Assembly (NCBI GenBank): GCA_016719295.1
Contig: JADKAF010000001.1
Location: 640,379 to 704,378 of the forward strand
Direction: 5' to 3'
DNA: 64,000 nt
Source of the DNA: Planctomycetota bacterium
GTDB lineage: Bacteria > Planctomycetota > UBA1135 > JADKAF01
The translations under genes were made by a program, and so were the position numbers. Below, piece after piece: positions 30,551-40,389 of the stretch. The notes under the pieces were generated by a model. That model had not been told where the DNA came from, made no database searches, and worked only from the letters and a program-made list of their open reading frames with translations. Within the stretch, counting starts at the first letter, position 1, and each line of letters starts with the position of its first letter.

Positions 30551-31116
30551 TAGAGCGTGGCGCCGGCCGCGGCGTCGTCATCCTCTCGTCGAGATCGCGA
30601 TCGGGGATCGCCTTGCCTCTGCGGCTTGCGAAGGAGCTGCGTCTCGTTGCAGTCGCGGACCGAGAGCTGTGCCGCGAGCGCGAGCTTCCGCGCGCCACTG
30701 CAGTGCAGCGACGACAGATCGCCCGCCAGGCGAGCGCGGACGGTGCGACATGGCGAACTCGATGCTCTGCGGCTCCCTTCCCCGGGCGATGGATCAAAGG
30801 ATCGCGAGGTGCGAGTCGCTTTCGAGTTACACGCCCATGCCGTAGACGAACCAGTATCCGAAGCACACTTGCAGACCGGCGACGAGCGCCTCGCAACCTG
30901 CGACGACCAGCATCGGAGTCCGTCGTGCGAACCTCGCGGACAGGGCGACGATGCCTGCTCCATCGGCGATCGCCCTCCGGCTTCGATATCAAACGATGCC
31001 ATCGAATCGAGGAGCGTAGGAACCGATGCCCGGGGAGATACCGCCTGATCCATAGCGCGTCGAGATGATGCTCATCCGCGCGAGGGGGAAGGTAGGCGGC
31101 GTCCCTTGGATGAGTG

Positions 31117-31145
31117 CGAGCGGAGCGGTTCATGACCGCTCCGCT
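31117..31145 (-). terminator. hairpin after flotillin gene (gagcggagcgg / ccgctccgctc, 11 bp stem)
   Basis: Perfect stem 10 bp downstream of the flotillin stop. No U-tract. Confidence 0.4.
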
Positions 31146-31154
31146 CTTCGGTGC

Positions 31155-32846
31155 TCAGGCCTTGCCGTGCTTCTTGCCGCTCGCCTTGTCGCCACTGGCT
31201 TCCGTCGGCGCGGCGGCGGGATGCGCGGGAGCCGCCTCGCTCTCGTCGGCCGGCACGAGCTTGCCGAAGTAGCTCGGGAGCTCGACGCCGCCCACGTTGC
31301 GCATGATGTCCATGAGCGGGGGGATCGAGGAGCCCAAGCTGCGGAGGAAGCCGCTCGCGCCGCCCTTGCCGTCGCCGTTGCCGCCGTCCCAGACGGTGAT
31401 CTTGTCGAACTTGATGTTCGAGATCGCTTCGGCGGACTTGTCGGCGAGGTGGTCCAAGTGCTCGAGCATCAGCAGGCGGAAGGCCTCTTCGGCGTTGCCG
31501 CAGGCGTTCACGATCTCTCGCAGACCCTGGCCCTTCTTGGCCAGGATCTCGAGCTGGCCGCGCGCCTCGGCCTCGAGCTTCTTGTAGATCGCCATCGCCT
31601 CGCCCTCGGCTTCGCGGATGCGAGCCTGCGCGCGACCTTCGGCTTCGATCTTCATGCGCTCGGCTTCGGCTTCGGCGTCCACCATGATGCGCGCCTTCTG
31701 CGCTCGCGCCGGCGCCTCCAAGCGCGCGCGCTGCTCGGCTTCGACGCGCCTCGCCTCGGCTTCGGCGGCTTTGGCCTGCGCGAGATACTGCGCCTCGAGC
31801 ACTTGCGCTTCGGCCTCGCGCTTCTTGGTCTCGGAGATCCCGTACGCCTCGGCCTGCCGCACGCTGAGCTCGGCGTTCGTCGCGGCGACGCGCGCCTTGG
31901 CGAGGTTCTCACCCTCGACTGCGGTCGCATCGGCGGCCGAGACCGAGATGCGCATCTCGCGCTCGCGCTCGCGCATCTCGGCGTCGCGCTGGTATTCCGC
32001 GGCCTTCTCGCCGACCAGGCGCTCGCGCTGCAGGTCGGCGAGGCGCACGGCTTGCTCGCGCTCGGCCTCGCTCGTGCCGATCTGGCGGTCCTTCGTCGCC
32101 TGCGCGACCTGAATCGCTTCTTCGCGCTGCGCGCGAGCGACGCCGATCGCGCCGATCTTGTTCTGCTCGGCGACATCCACCTCGGCCTTCATGATCGCCT
32201 CGCTGGCGGCCTTGCGGCCGAGCGCCTCGATGTAGCCCGACTCGTCGGTGATGTCGGTGATGTTCACGTTGATCAGCACGAGGCCGATCTTGTTGAGCTC
32301 GGGTTCGAGTCCGAATTGGATCTTCTGGAGGAACTCGTCGCGGTCGCGGTTGATCTTCTCGATCGGCATCGAGGCGATCACCTGGCGGAGCTGGCCGAAG
32401 ATGATGTCGCGCGCCTGCGCGGTGATCTCTTGCTGGGTCAAGCCGAGCAAGCGCACCGCGGCGTTGGTCATGATCTCGTTCTGCGTGCCGATCGCGACGG
32501 TGAAGACGCTCGGCACGTTGACGCGGATGTTCTCGGAGGAGAGCGCGCCCTTCAGCGGGATGTCGATCTGGATCGGATCGAGATCGAGGTAGGCGTAGTT
32601 CTGGATCAGCGGCCAGATGAAGGCGCCACCGCCCTGCAGGCAGCGCGAGGAGTGCCCCGCGCCGACCTTGCCGTAGATCACGAGGATCTTGTTCGACGGG
32701 CAGCGCCGGTAGCGCGTCGCCAGCATCACCAAGAACCCGACGAAGACCAGGATCCCGGCGAGGATCAGGAAGGTCACGAAGGGATTGAGCGGCATCTCCT
32801 CGGCGGCGAGGAGGAGGCTCGGCGAAAGGGCATTCGGGCTCGGCAT
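31155..32846 (-). CDS. flotillin-family SPFH/band-7 protein
   Basis: 563 aa. N-terminal TM, SPFH domain, long Ala/Glu-rich coiled-coil (EAEARRVEAEQRARLEAPARAQKARI…) characteristic of FloT/YqiK-type flotillins. Confidence 0.85.
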   Translation of the reverse strand: MPSPNALSPSLLLAAEEMPLNPFVTFLILAGILVFVGFLVMLATRYRRCPSNKILVIYGKVGAGHSSRCLQGGGAFIWPLIQNYAYLDLDPIQIDIPLKGALSSENIRVNVPSVFTVAIGTQNEIMTNAAVRLLGLTQQEITAQARDIIFGQLRQVIASMPIEKINRDRDEFLQKIQFGLEPELNKIGLVLINVNITDITDESGYIEALGRKAASEAIMKAEVDVAEQNKIGAIGVARAQREEAIQVAQATKDRQIGTSEAEREQAVRLADLQRERLVGEKAAEYQRDAEMREREREMRISVSAADATAVEGENLAKARVAATNAELSVRQAEAYGISETKKREAEAQVLEAQYLAQAKAAEAEARRVEAEQRARLEAPARAQKARIMVDAEAEAERMKIEAEGRAQARIREAEGEAMAIYKKLEAEARGQLEILAKKGQGLREIVNACGNAEEAFRLLMLEHLDHLADKSAEAISNIKFDKITVWDGGNGDGKGGASGFLRSLGSSIPPLMDIMRNVGGVELPSYFGKLVPADESEAAPAHPAAAPTEASGDKASGKKHGKA

Positions 32847-32934
32847 CGATCGGGCTCCGGTCGAGGTGCTCGGGCTAGGAGGAAGAGGGACGGAACGAGA
32901 GGTTGTGTGCCTGTGGCGAGAGCGCGGGCGCAGC

Positions 32935-33483
32935 TCAGGTCGCGGTCTCGACGAGCAAGAGGTCGGGACCGAGGACGCTGACGACGCGGCACGCGCTGCC
33001 GGTGTGCAGCTCCTCGCCGCTGGTCTGCGCCTTGAATTCGACCGAGCGGCCCTGCACGGTGACCGTGATCTTGCCGGCGCCGGACTTGCGGGCGGGGATG
33101 GTGAGATAGACCTGGGCCTGCGCGCCCACGGCGTTCTTGATGTCGATGTTGCCGGAGGAGCGCAGGCGATGGAGCTGCAGCATGAGCCAGCCCACGCCGT
33201 AGAACGCGCCGACGCCTAGGCCGCTCGCGAGCAGCAGCGTCCAGGCCGGATCCCACCCGCCTTCGTTGGCGGCTAGGCCGCCCAGACCGAAGAAGGTGAG
33301 GAACGCGACGATCGTGCGCAGCGAGATCTGGCCCACGCCGACGCCTTCGTGCACGGCGTTCACCGCGTCGACGTTCGCGACGTCGGCTTCGATGTCGTGA
33401 TCGAAGCCCATCAGGGTCAGGAGGAACTGGAGCACCATGAAGGCGCCCCCGACCAGGGCGCAGATCCAGTAGATCGTGACCAT
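32935..33483 (-). CDS. NfeD-like membrane protein (YqiJ-type partner of flotillin)
   Basis: 182 aa. N-terminal TM helices then C-terminal OB-fold-like soluble domain (…KITVTVQGRSVEFKAQ…). Immediately upstream of flotillin on the same strand. Confidence 0.75.
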   Translation of the reverse strand: MVTIYWICALVGGAFMVLQFLLTLMGFDHDIEADVANVDAVNAVHEGVGVGQISLRTIVAFLTFFGLGGLAANEGGWDPAWTLLLASGLGVGAFYGVGWLMLQLHRLRSSGNIDIKNAVGAQAQVYLTIPARKSGAGKITVTVQGRSVEFKAQTSGEELHTGSACRVVSVLGPDLLLVETAT

Positions 33484-33680
33484 CGTGCAGCCTCCTCGGG
33501 CGGCAGTCCTCGGGCGGTAGAGCGCCCCGGGGAACTCGGGTACGCCGGAGAGCGGCGCCGCGCGGAACGGGAGGTGCCTGCGCACCCCCGACCGCGCTAT
33601 TCCCAGTCCGGTCCGGGCGGGTCTCGTTCGACGCGACGCGCTCCCCGCGCGGCGCCTCGGGATTGTGCCACGTCCGCGAA

Positions 33681-33701
33681 GCGCCTCGCAACGCGAGGCG
33701 C
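33681..33701 (-). terminator. hairpin after pmbA (gcgcctcgc-aac-gcgaggcgc)
   Basis: 9 bp perfect stem about 40 bp downstream of the pmbA stop. Confidence 0.4.
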
Positions 33702-33737
33702 CCGCCGCGCCGCGTGCGGACGTCGGCTCGGCCGCTC

Positions 33738-35057
33738 TCAGCTCCCGCTGAAGTCGATGCCCTCGAACACCAGAGTGGGCGCGCGAAAGCTGCTCCACTT
33801 CTCGGGGTCGTTGCCCACCGCGACCAGGCGCTGCAGCAGGTCGAGGAAGTTCCCCGTCACGTTCATCTCGGAGATCGGCTCCTGGATCTCGCCGTGGCGC
33901 ACGGCGTGGCCCTGCAGGCCGAAGGAGTAGTCGCCCGTCGTGGTGTTCGCGTTGCCACCCAGCCACGAGGTCACGTAGAGCCCCTCGCCGACGTCGCGCA
34001 GCAGCTCTTCCCGCGACTTGGGTCCGAGCTCGACGACGAGGTTCGAAGGCGAGGCCGTCGTGGGCTCCCAGCCGAGCTTCCGACCGTAGTAGGTATCGAC
34101 GTAGAAGTGCCGCAGCACGCCGCGCTCGACGATGGGCAGCACGCGAGCCGAGATGCCTTCGCCGTCGAAGTGCCGCGAGCCCGCGAGCTTCGGCAGCAGC
34201 GGGTGATCCGTGATCGAGAGCAGCGGAGAAGCGATGCGCTCGCCCGCGCGCTCGGCGAGGAACGAGCGCTTCTGTTGCACGGCCGAAGCACCCAGCGCGC
34301 CCAGCACGCGTCCGAGCAGGCCGGGAGCGGCTTCGCGATCGACGATGAGGTGCGTGCGCTGTGTCGGAGCCTTCGTCGCGCCGCGGCGCGCGAGCACGCG
34401 GCGCAGCGCTTCGGCTCCGACGTCCTCCACGCGCTCCAGGTCGGCGAGATGGGTCGCCCCGACCCAGCGCGCGGCCTCGGGCCGGCGGTGCTCGCCGTCG
34501 CGTGCGGTGACCTCCGCGCCGTACCAGACACCGGTCGACTCGCGCGTGCCCTCGAAGCCGTTGGAGCTCACGCGCGCGGAGAGCGAAGTGCCGCTCATCA
34601 CGCCGCTCGTCGCGGACACGACCTCGGCGTGGGCGCGCGCGCGAGCTTCGAGCAGGCGACACCACTCGAGGCAGCGCTCGCGCGGAAGATCGACCGCTGA
34701 GGGATCGACGAGGTCCAGGAGATCGCCCGGGCGCCCTGCGTAGAGCTTGGGATCGGGGATCACTCGGAAGGGATCCGGCGCGAGGAGGCGCGTCAGCTCC
34801 ACCGCTTCGGCGACGAAGCTCGCCAAGCGGCGCGGATCCAGGTCGTTCGTCGAGTGCGTGGAGAAGCGGCCGTCGACGTAGAGCGCGAGACCGAGGCCTT
34901 GGCTCGCGTTCTCCTGCACCTTCTCCAGGCGCTCGTCGCGCCACTGGAACTCAAGCGAGCGCCCGGCCCCGAGGCTGGCGACGGCATCGCTCGCGCCGCA
35001 GCGCTGGGCCAGCTCCACGGCCTCGCGGGCGCGCGCGAGCAGCTCGTTCTCACGCAT
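33738..35057 (-). CDS. pmbA: PmbA/TldE family metalloprotease
   Basis: 439 aa. Conserved PmbA/TldD family blocks. Overlaps tldD by 8 bp. Confidence 0.85.
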   Translation of the reverse strand: MRENELLARAREAVELAQRCGASDAVASLGAGRSLEFQWRDERLEKVQENASQGLGLALYVDGRFSTHSTNDLDPRRLASFVAEAVELTRLLAPDPFRVIPDPKLYAGRPGDLLDLVDPSAVDLPRERCLEWCRLLEARARAHAEVVSATSGVMSGTSLSARVSSNGFEGTRESTGVWYGAEVTARDGEHRRPEAARWVGATHLADLERVEDVGAEALRRVLARRGATKAPTQRTHLIVDREAAPGLLGRVLGALGASAVQQKRSFLAERAGERIASPLLSITDHPLLPKLAGSRHFDGEGISARVLPIVERGVLRHFYVDTYYGRKLGWEPTTASPSNLVVELGPKSREELLRDVGEGLYVTSWLGGNANTTTGDYSFGLQGHAVRHGEIQEPISEMNVTGNFLDLLQRLVAVGNDPEKWSSFRAPTLVFEGIDFSGS

Positions 35058-36519
35058 GGCGACCTCCCACGGTGAGCTTCGAGACGAGCGCGGTCGGCAT
35101 GCCCTGCGAAACGGGAACGCTCTGGCCGTCCTTGCCGCAGGTCCAACCGCCGGTGTCGAGCTTCAGGTCGTTCGCGACCATCGTCACGTCGCGCAGCGCC
35201 TGCGGGCCGTTGCCGATGATGTTCACGTCCTTGATGGGGGCCGTGAGACGGCCGCCTTCGATCAGCCAGCCGTTCTTGATGTAGAAGGTGAAGTCGCCCG
35301 CACCGATCTGCACCTGCCCGTTCGAGAAGGTCTCGGCGAGGATGCCGCGCGAGACCGAGGCGATGATCTCCTCGCGCGCGTGCGGCCCGTTCTCCATGTA
35401 GGTGCAGCGCATGCGCGGCATCGGCACGTGGCGGAACGACTCGCGCCGTCCGGAGCCCGTGCTGGCGACGCCGTAGTGCCTCGCGCTGATGCGGTCGTGC
35501 AGGTAGGAGCGCAGGATGCCGCCGTCGACGAGCACCGTGCGCTCGACCTCGCTGGCCTCGTCGTCGAAGTTCAGAGCGCCGCGCTCGTAGGGATGCAGCG
35601 CCGAGTCGACGACCGTCACGCACTCCGCGGCGACGCGCTCGCCGAGCATGCGCGCGTAGATCGAGACGCCCTTGCGATTGAAGTCGGCTTCCATGCCGTG
35701 GCCGATCGCCTCGTGCAGGAGGATCCCCGAGGCACCCGCGGCCAGGACGACGGGCATCTCGCCAGCCGGCGGCCGCACCGCTTCGAAGAGGATCATGGTG
35801 CGATCGACGGCGTCGCGCACGAGCTCGTCGAGGCGCCCCGCGTCGTACCAATCGAGACCGCGGCGTCCCGCGATGTTGGAGCCGCCGCTCTGCACCTCGT
35901 CGCCGCGCTTGGCGGTGAGCGTCAGCCCGATCCGCGACATCGGTCGGCGGTCGGCGCGCAGCTCGCCGGTCGAGGTCGCGACGAGCACGCGCTCGTCGGC
36001 GTCGGCCCAGCCCACGCTCACCTTCACGATCGCGCTCTCGCGCGCATGGGCCAGGCCCTCGATGCGGGAGAGCAAGGGCAGCTTCCGCGAGAGCTCGATC
36101 TGATCCCAGCCCTCGGCGATGGGATAGAGGTCGGGCGAGAGACGCAGCCCGAATCCGGGCGGCTCGACGGCGCGATTGCCCGCGGCGATCGCCGCGGCGG
36201 TCTTCGCCGCGTGGAGGATCGGCTCGAGCTCCAGATCCTCGCTGTAGGCGTAGCCGGTCTGGTCGCCGCGCACCACGCGGATCCCGACGCCGCGATCGAC
36301 GCTCGTCGAGGCGTGGCTGATCAGTCCGTCCTCGAGGTGGATCGAGCAGGCGCGGCGATGCTGGAAGTAGAGGTCGGCGTAGTCGCCGCCGCGATCGAGC
36401 GCGGCGGCGAGGACGCGCGCGCAGAGCGCGCGATCGACGCCGAACCACGCGCACGCGGCATCGACGGAGAAGCTGTCCGAGGGAGAGGGCATGCGGTCGA
36501 GCGCGGGAACCAAGGGCAA
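35050..36519 (-). CDS. tldD: TldD family metalloprotease
   Basis: HEAIGH zinc-binding motif (LLHEAIGHGMEADFN). 489 aa. Alternative start at M10. Confidence 0.9.
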   Translation of the reverse strand: MPLVPALDRMPSPSDSFSVDAACAWFGVDRALCARVLAAALDRGGDYADLYFQHRRACSIHLEDGLISHASTSVDRGVGIRVVRGDQTGYAYSEDLELEPILHAAKTAAAIAAGNRAVEPPGFGLRLSPDLYPIAEGWDQIELSRKLPLLSRIEGLAHARESAIVKVSVGWADADERVLVATSTGELRADRRPMSRIGLTLTAKRGDEVQSGGSNIAGRRGLDWYDAGRLDELVRDAVDRTMILFEAVRPPAGEMPVVLAAGASGILLHEAIGHGMEADFNRKGVSIYARMLGERVAAECVTVVDSALHPYERGALNFDDEASEVERTVLVDGGILRSYLHDRISARHYGVASTGSGRRESFRHVPMPRMRCTYMENGPHAREEIIASVSRGILAETFSNGQVQIGAGDFTFYIKNGWLIEGGRLTAPIKDVNIIGNGPQALRDVTMVANDLKLDTGGWTCGKDGQSVPVSQGMPTALVSKLTVGGRHA

Positions 36520-36578
36520 TGGGGGCGCGGGATGGTACCACGCTCGGAGGTCGTCACGGCGGCCCGGAGACCTCTAGA

Positions 36579-39500
36579 ATGCGCGCCCGTCCGTTCGCCC
36601 CGCTCACGACACCGGAGTTCGACCAGGTGATGCAGCGGAATCCCGTCGCCTACTTCGGAGCGCGCCTTGCGCTCGCTTGGGTCTGTCTCTCGGCCGCGAC
36701 CGCCCAAGAACCGTCCGCCGCGGACCTGGAGCACTTCGAGAAGCAGGTTCGCCCGCTCCTCGTCGCGCATTGTGCCGAGTGCCATACCGGCGCTCGCCCG
36801 AAGGCCCGCCTGCGCGTGGATCACGGCGAGCTCCTGCGCCGAGGTGGAGACAGCGGTCCGGCCATCGTCCCCGGACGGCCCGAGGAGAGCCGGCTGCTGC
36901 GCGCGGTGGGCTACGCGGACGTCGAGCTGCAGATGCCGCCGCGCGGCAAGCTCCGCGACGACGAGATCGAAGCCTTGCGCGAGTGGATCGCGCGCGGGGC
37001 GCCTTGGCCGAACGAGCCCGTCCCCGCGGCCGAAGGCGAGCGCGAGGAGAGCTTCGATCTCGAGGCGCGCCGCGCGGCCCACTGGTGCTGGCAACCGCTC
37101 GGAGTGCCGCCGGTGCCGACCGTAGCGAACGAAGGCTGGGGGCGCGATGCCCTCGATCGCTTCGTGCAATCGGCGCGCGAGGCGCGCGGGCTCGGGGTCG
37201 CAGGGGAAGCGAGCCCGCGCACGTGGCTCCGCCGCGCGAGCTTCGATCTCCTCGGGCTGCCGCCGACGCTGGAGGATCTGGAGCGCCTCGGCGATCACCC
37301 GAGCGAGGAGGAACGCGCCGCTGCCGTCGATCGCCTGCTCGCCTCGCCGCGCTTCGGCGAGCGCTGGGCGCGGCACTGGCTCGACCTCGTCCGCTACGCC
37401 GAGACCTACGGGCACGAGTTCGACTACGAGATCCCGGAGGCGTGGCGCTACCGCGACTACGTGATCCGCGCGCTGAACGCCGATCTCCCGTACGACCAGT
37501 TCGTGCGCGAGCACATCGCGGGCGATCTCCTGCCCGAGCCCCGAGTCGATCCCGAGCGCGGGACGAACGAGTCGATCCTCGCCACCGCGTTCTGGTTCTT
37601 CCCGCAAGCGACGCACGCGCCGGTCGACGTGCGCGCCGATGAGGCCGATCGCATCGACAACGCGATCGACGTCTTCTCGAAGACCTTCCTCGGGCTCACG
37701 GTGGCGTGCGCGCGCTGCCACGATCACAAGTTCGACGCGATCTCGGCGCAGGATTACTACGCGCTCGCCGGCGTGCTGCAGAGCACGCGACGGCAGATCG
37801 CCTATCTCGATCCGCAGGGGCGCCTCGCGGCCGCCGTGCTCGGGAGCGAGGAGCGCGCGCGCCGCGCGAGCGGCGTCCTGCGGGAGGCGCTCGGCGCGCT
37901 GCCGCCGATGGAGCTCGCGCGAGAGATCGAGGCGCTGCTCGCGTTGGAGCTCTCGCTGCCTCCGCCCGACCGCGCATTCGAGCTCGAGACCCTCGCGCGC
38001 GAAGGGGCGGTGCGCGGCACGGCCGAGTCGCAGGAGATGCAGGGCTTCGGTCCGCATTGGAGCGGCGATCGACAGCTCTTCTGGATGGGCGGGCAGGTCG
38101 GTGACGAGCTCGCGCTGCGCTTCGAGGTCGAGCGCGCGGGTGCGGTCGAACTCGTGCTCACCGCGACCAAGGCGCCCGATTACGCGATCGTCGAGCTCGC
38201 GCTCGACGACGTCTCGCTCGGGGCTCCTCTCGATCTCTACGCGCCGAAGGTCGAGGCCACGGGCGAGCTCGTGCTTGGAACGCGCGAGCTCGCCCGCGGA
38301 TCCCACGTGCTGCGCGTGCGCCTCGCGGGAGCGAACCCGCGCGCGGCGAAAAAGCACTTCGCCGGCTTCGATCGCTTGCAGCTCCGGCGCGGAGGCCCGG
38401 GCTACGAAGCCGAGGTCGCCGCGGCGATCGAGAGCGCGGCGAAGGAGCACGGGGTGGATGCCGCGCGCCTCGGTCGCTGGAGCCGCGCGCTGCGCAGCGA
38501 CGCCGCGCGCGCGGAGGGCTCCGTGCTCGCGCTGCTCGCGCGGCTCGCCGCGGAACCCGATGCGGAATCGCGCGCGCGCTCGTGGACCGACGCGCGGCGC
38601 GCGAGCGAAGAAGCCGTGCGCGCACAAGAAGCAGCCCTCGCCCAGACCACGCTGGTCGCGCGCTTCGATCGCGACTTCGAAGGCTGGTACGAGACCGGGC
38701 AAGCCTTCGCCGGCCGACCCGCGCTCGCCGGGGACTGGGATCCGCGCCGCGGCGCGATCGGCATCGCCGCCGCCGGGCGCGCCGACAGCGGGCGATTGCA
38801 GCCGAAGCTGCAGGGCGCCCTGCGTTCGCCGACCTTCGAGATCACGCAGCCGCGCCTGCATTGGAAGCTCGCGGGCACCGGCGGTCAGGTGCGCCTGATC
38901 ATCGACTCGTACGTGATGGACACGTACAACGAGCTCATCTTCGGCGACGTGCACTTCGGCGTGGACACGCGCGGGAGGACGATCTGGAGGAACCAGATCG
39001 GCGATGTCGGGCGCTTCGTCGGCCATCGCGCGCATCTGGAGATCCTCGACGACGGCGATGGCTGGATCGCCGTGGACGAGCTTCGCGCGGGAGCGGGGGA
39101 GATCCCCGCGGCCCCGGACGCGAGCACGCGCGCCTGGCTCGCCAGCGCGAGCGAGCTGCACGCCATCGGATCCGCGTTGCAAGAGCGCGTCGCGCGCGCG
39201 CGGATCGCGTGCGCCGAAGGAGCGCTCGACGAAGAGGCGCGCGAGTGGTTGGCGTTGCTCGGCGAGCACGGCCTGCTCGAGCTCGGCGTCGATGCGAGAA
39301 CGGCCCTCGAAGCGGAGCATGCGGCTTGGGCGAGTGAGGAGCGCGAGCTGCCGCGGCCGGAGCACGCGCTCGCGGCGGCCGACGGAACGCCCGAGGACGA
39401 ATACGTCTTCCTGCGCGGCTCGTGGCGGAACCGCGGACCGGAAGTGCCGCGCGGCTTCCTCTCCGCGCTCGGCGGCGAGGCGCTCTGCCGCGTGCCGCAC

Positions 39501-40385
39501 GGCTCCGGGCGGCTCGAGCTCGCCGAGGCCGTGCTCGCGGCGAGCAACCCCTTGCCCGCGCGCGTGCTCGTGAACCGCGCTTGGCACCATCTCTTCGGGC
39601 GCGGTCTCGTGCCCACGACCGACGACTTCGGTGTGCTTGGCGAGGCGCCGACGCATCCTTTGCTCCTCGATCACCTCGCCGATTGGTTCCGCGCGGAAGC
39701 GCGCTGGTCGCTGAAGGCGTTGCTGCGCCGCTTGGTGCTCTCCTCGACCTATCGGATGTCGAGCTCTACCGCCGATCCGCGCGCCGCCGAGCTCGACCCC
39801 GACGCGATCTGGCTGCATCGCGCGCGCGTGCGGCGCTTGCAAGGTGAAGCGCTGCGGGACGCGATGCTCGCGGTGGCGGGGCGCCTCGATCCCGCGATGT
39901 ACGGGCCGCCGGTGGCGCTGCATCTCACGGCGTTCCTCGAAGGGCGCGGTCGACCCGGGCACAGCGGACCGCTCGACGGCGCGGGCCGGCGCACGATCTA
40001 TCAAGCCGTGCGCCGGAACTTCTTGCCGCCGTTCCAGATGGCCTTCGACATGCCCGTGCCGTTCTCGACGACCGGGCGACGCAGCGTCTCGAACGTGCCC
40101 GCGCAGGCGCTCGCGCTGATGAACGATCCCTTCGTGCGCGAGATGGCGCAACATTGGTCGCAGCGCCTGCTCGCTCTCGGGCTCGCCGACGATCGCGCGC
40201 GCCTCCAGCGCATGTACCTCGAAGCGTTCGCGCGCGCGCCGCTGGCCGCGGAGCTCGAGGCGGCGCTCGCGTTCGTCGCGGAGCAGCGCGCGACGCACGG
40301 CAGCGGAGCCGATGGCGAGCGCGAGACCTACGCCGACGTGGCGCACGTGCTCTTCCAGGTGAAAGAGTTCCAGTTCCTCGAGTGA
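36579..40385 (+). CDS. DUF1549/DUF1553 protein with N-terminal cytochrome-c-like (PSCyt) domain
   Basis: Signal peptide ARLALAWVCLSAATAQEP. CAECH heme-binding motif. DUF1549-like block (…LDLLGLPPT…RFGERWARHWLDLVRYAETYGHEFD…) and C-terminal DUF1553-like region. Start at 36579 or 36630; the ORF from 36519 overlaps the tldD start. Confidence 0.85.
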   Translation: MRARPFAPLTTPEFDQVMQRNPVAYFGARLALAWVCLSAATAQEPSAADLEHFEKQVRPLLVAHCAECHTGARPKARLRVDHGELLRRGGDSGPAIVPGRPEESRLLRAVGYADVELQMPPRGKLRDDEIEALREWIARGAPWPNEPVPAAEGEREESFDLEARRAAHWCWQPLGVPPVPTVANEGWGRDALDRFVQSAREARGLGVAGEASPRTWLRRASFDLLGLPPTLEDLERLGDHPSEEERAAAVDRLLASPRFGERWARHWLDLVRYAETYGHEFDYEIPEAWRYRDYVIRALNADLPYDQFVREHIAGDLLPEPRVDPERGTNESILATAFWFFPQATHAPVDVRADEADRIDNAIDVFSKTFLGLTVACARCHDHKFDAISAQDYYALAGVLQSTRRQIAYLDPQGRLAAAVLGSEERARRASGVLREALGALPPMELAREIEALLALELSLPPPDRAFELETLAREGAVRGTAESQEMQGFGPHWSGDRQLFWMGGQVGDELALRFEVERAGAVELVLTATKAPDYAIVELALDDVSLGAPLDLYAPKVEATGELVLGTRELARGSHVLRVRLAGANPRAAKKHFAGFDRLQLRRGGPGYEAEVAAAIESAAKEHGVDAARLGRWSRALRSDAARAEGSVLALLARLAAEPDAESRARSWTDARRASEEAVRAQEAALAQTTLVARFDRDFEGWYETGQAFAGRPALAGDWDPRRGAIGIAAAGRADSGRLQPKLQGALRSPTFEITQPRLHWKLAGTGGQVRLIIDSYVMDTYNELIFGDVHFGVDTRGRTIWRNQIGDVGRFVGHRAHLEILDDGDGWIAVDELRAGAGEIPAAPDASTRAWLASASELHAIGSALQERVARARIACAEGALDEEAREWLALLGEHGLLELGVDARTALEAEHAAWASEERELPRPEHALAAADGTPEDEYVFLRGSWRNRGPEVPRGFLSALGGEALCRVPHGSGRLELAEAVLAASNPLPARVLVNRAWHHLFGRGLVPTTDDFGVLGEAPTHPLLLDHLADWFRAEARWSLKALLRRLVLSSTYRMSSSTADPRAAELDPDAIWLHRARVRRLQGEALRDAMLAVAGRLDPAMYGPPVALHLTAFLEGRGRPGHSGPLDGAGRRTIYQAVRRNFLPPFQMAFDMPVPFSTTGRRSVSNVPAQALALMNDPFVREMAQHWSQRLLALGLADDRARLQRMYLEAFARAPLAAELEAALAFVAEQRATHGSGADGERETYADVAHVLFQVKEFQFLE

Positions 40386-40389
40386 GGCG

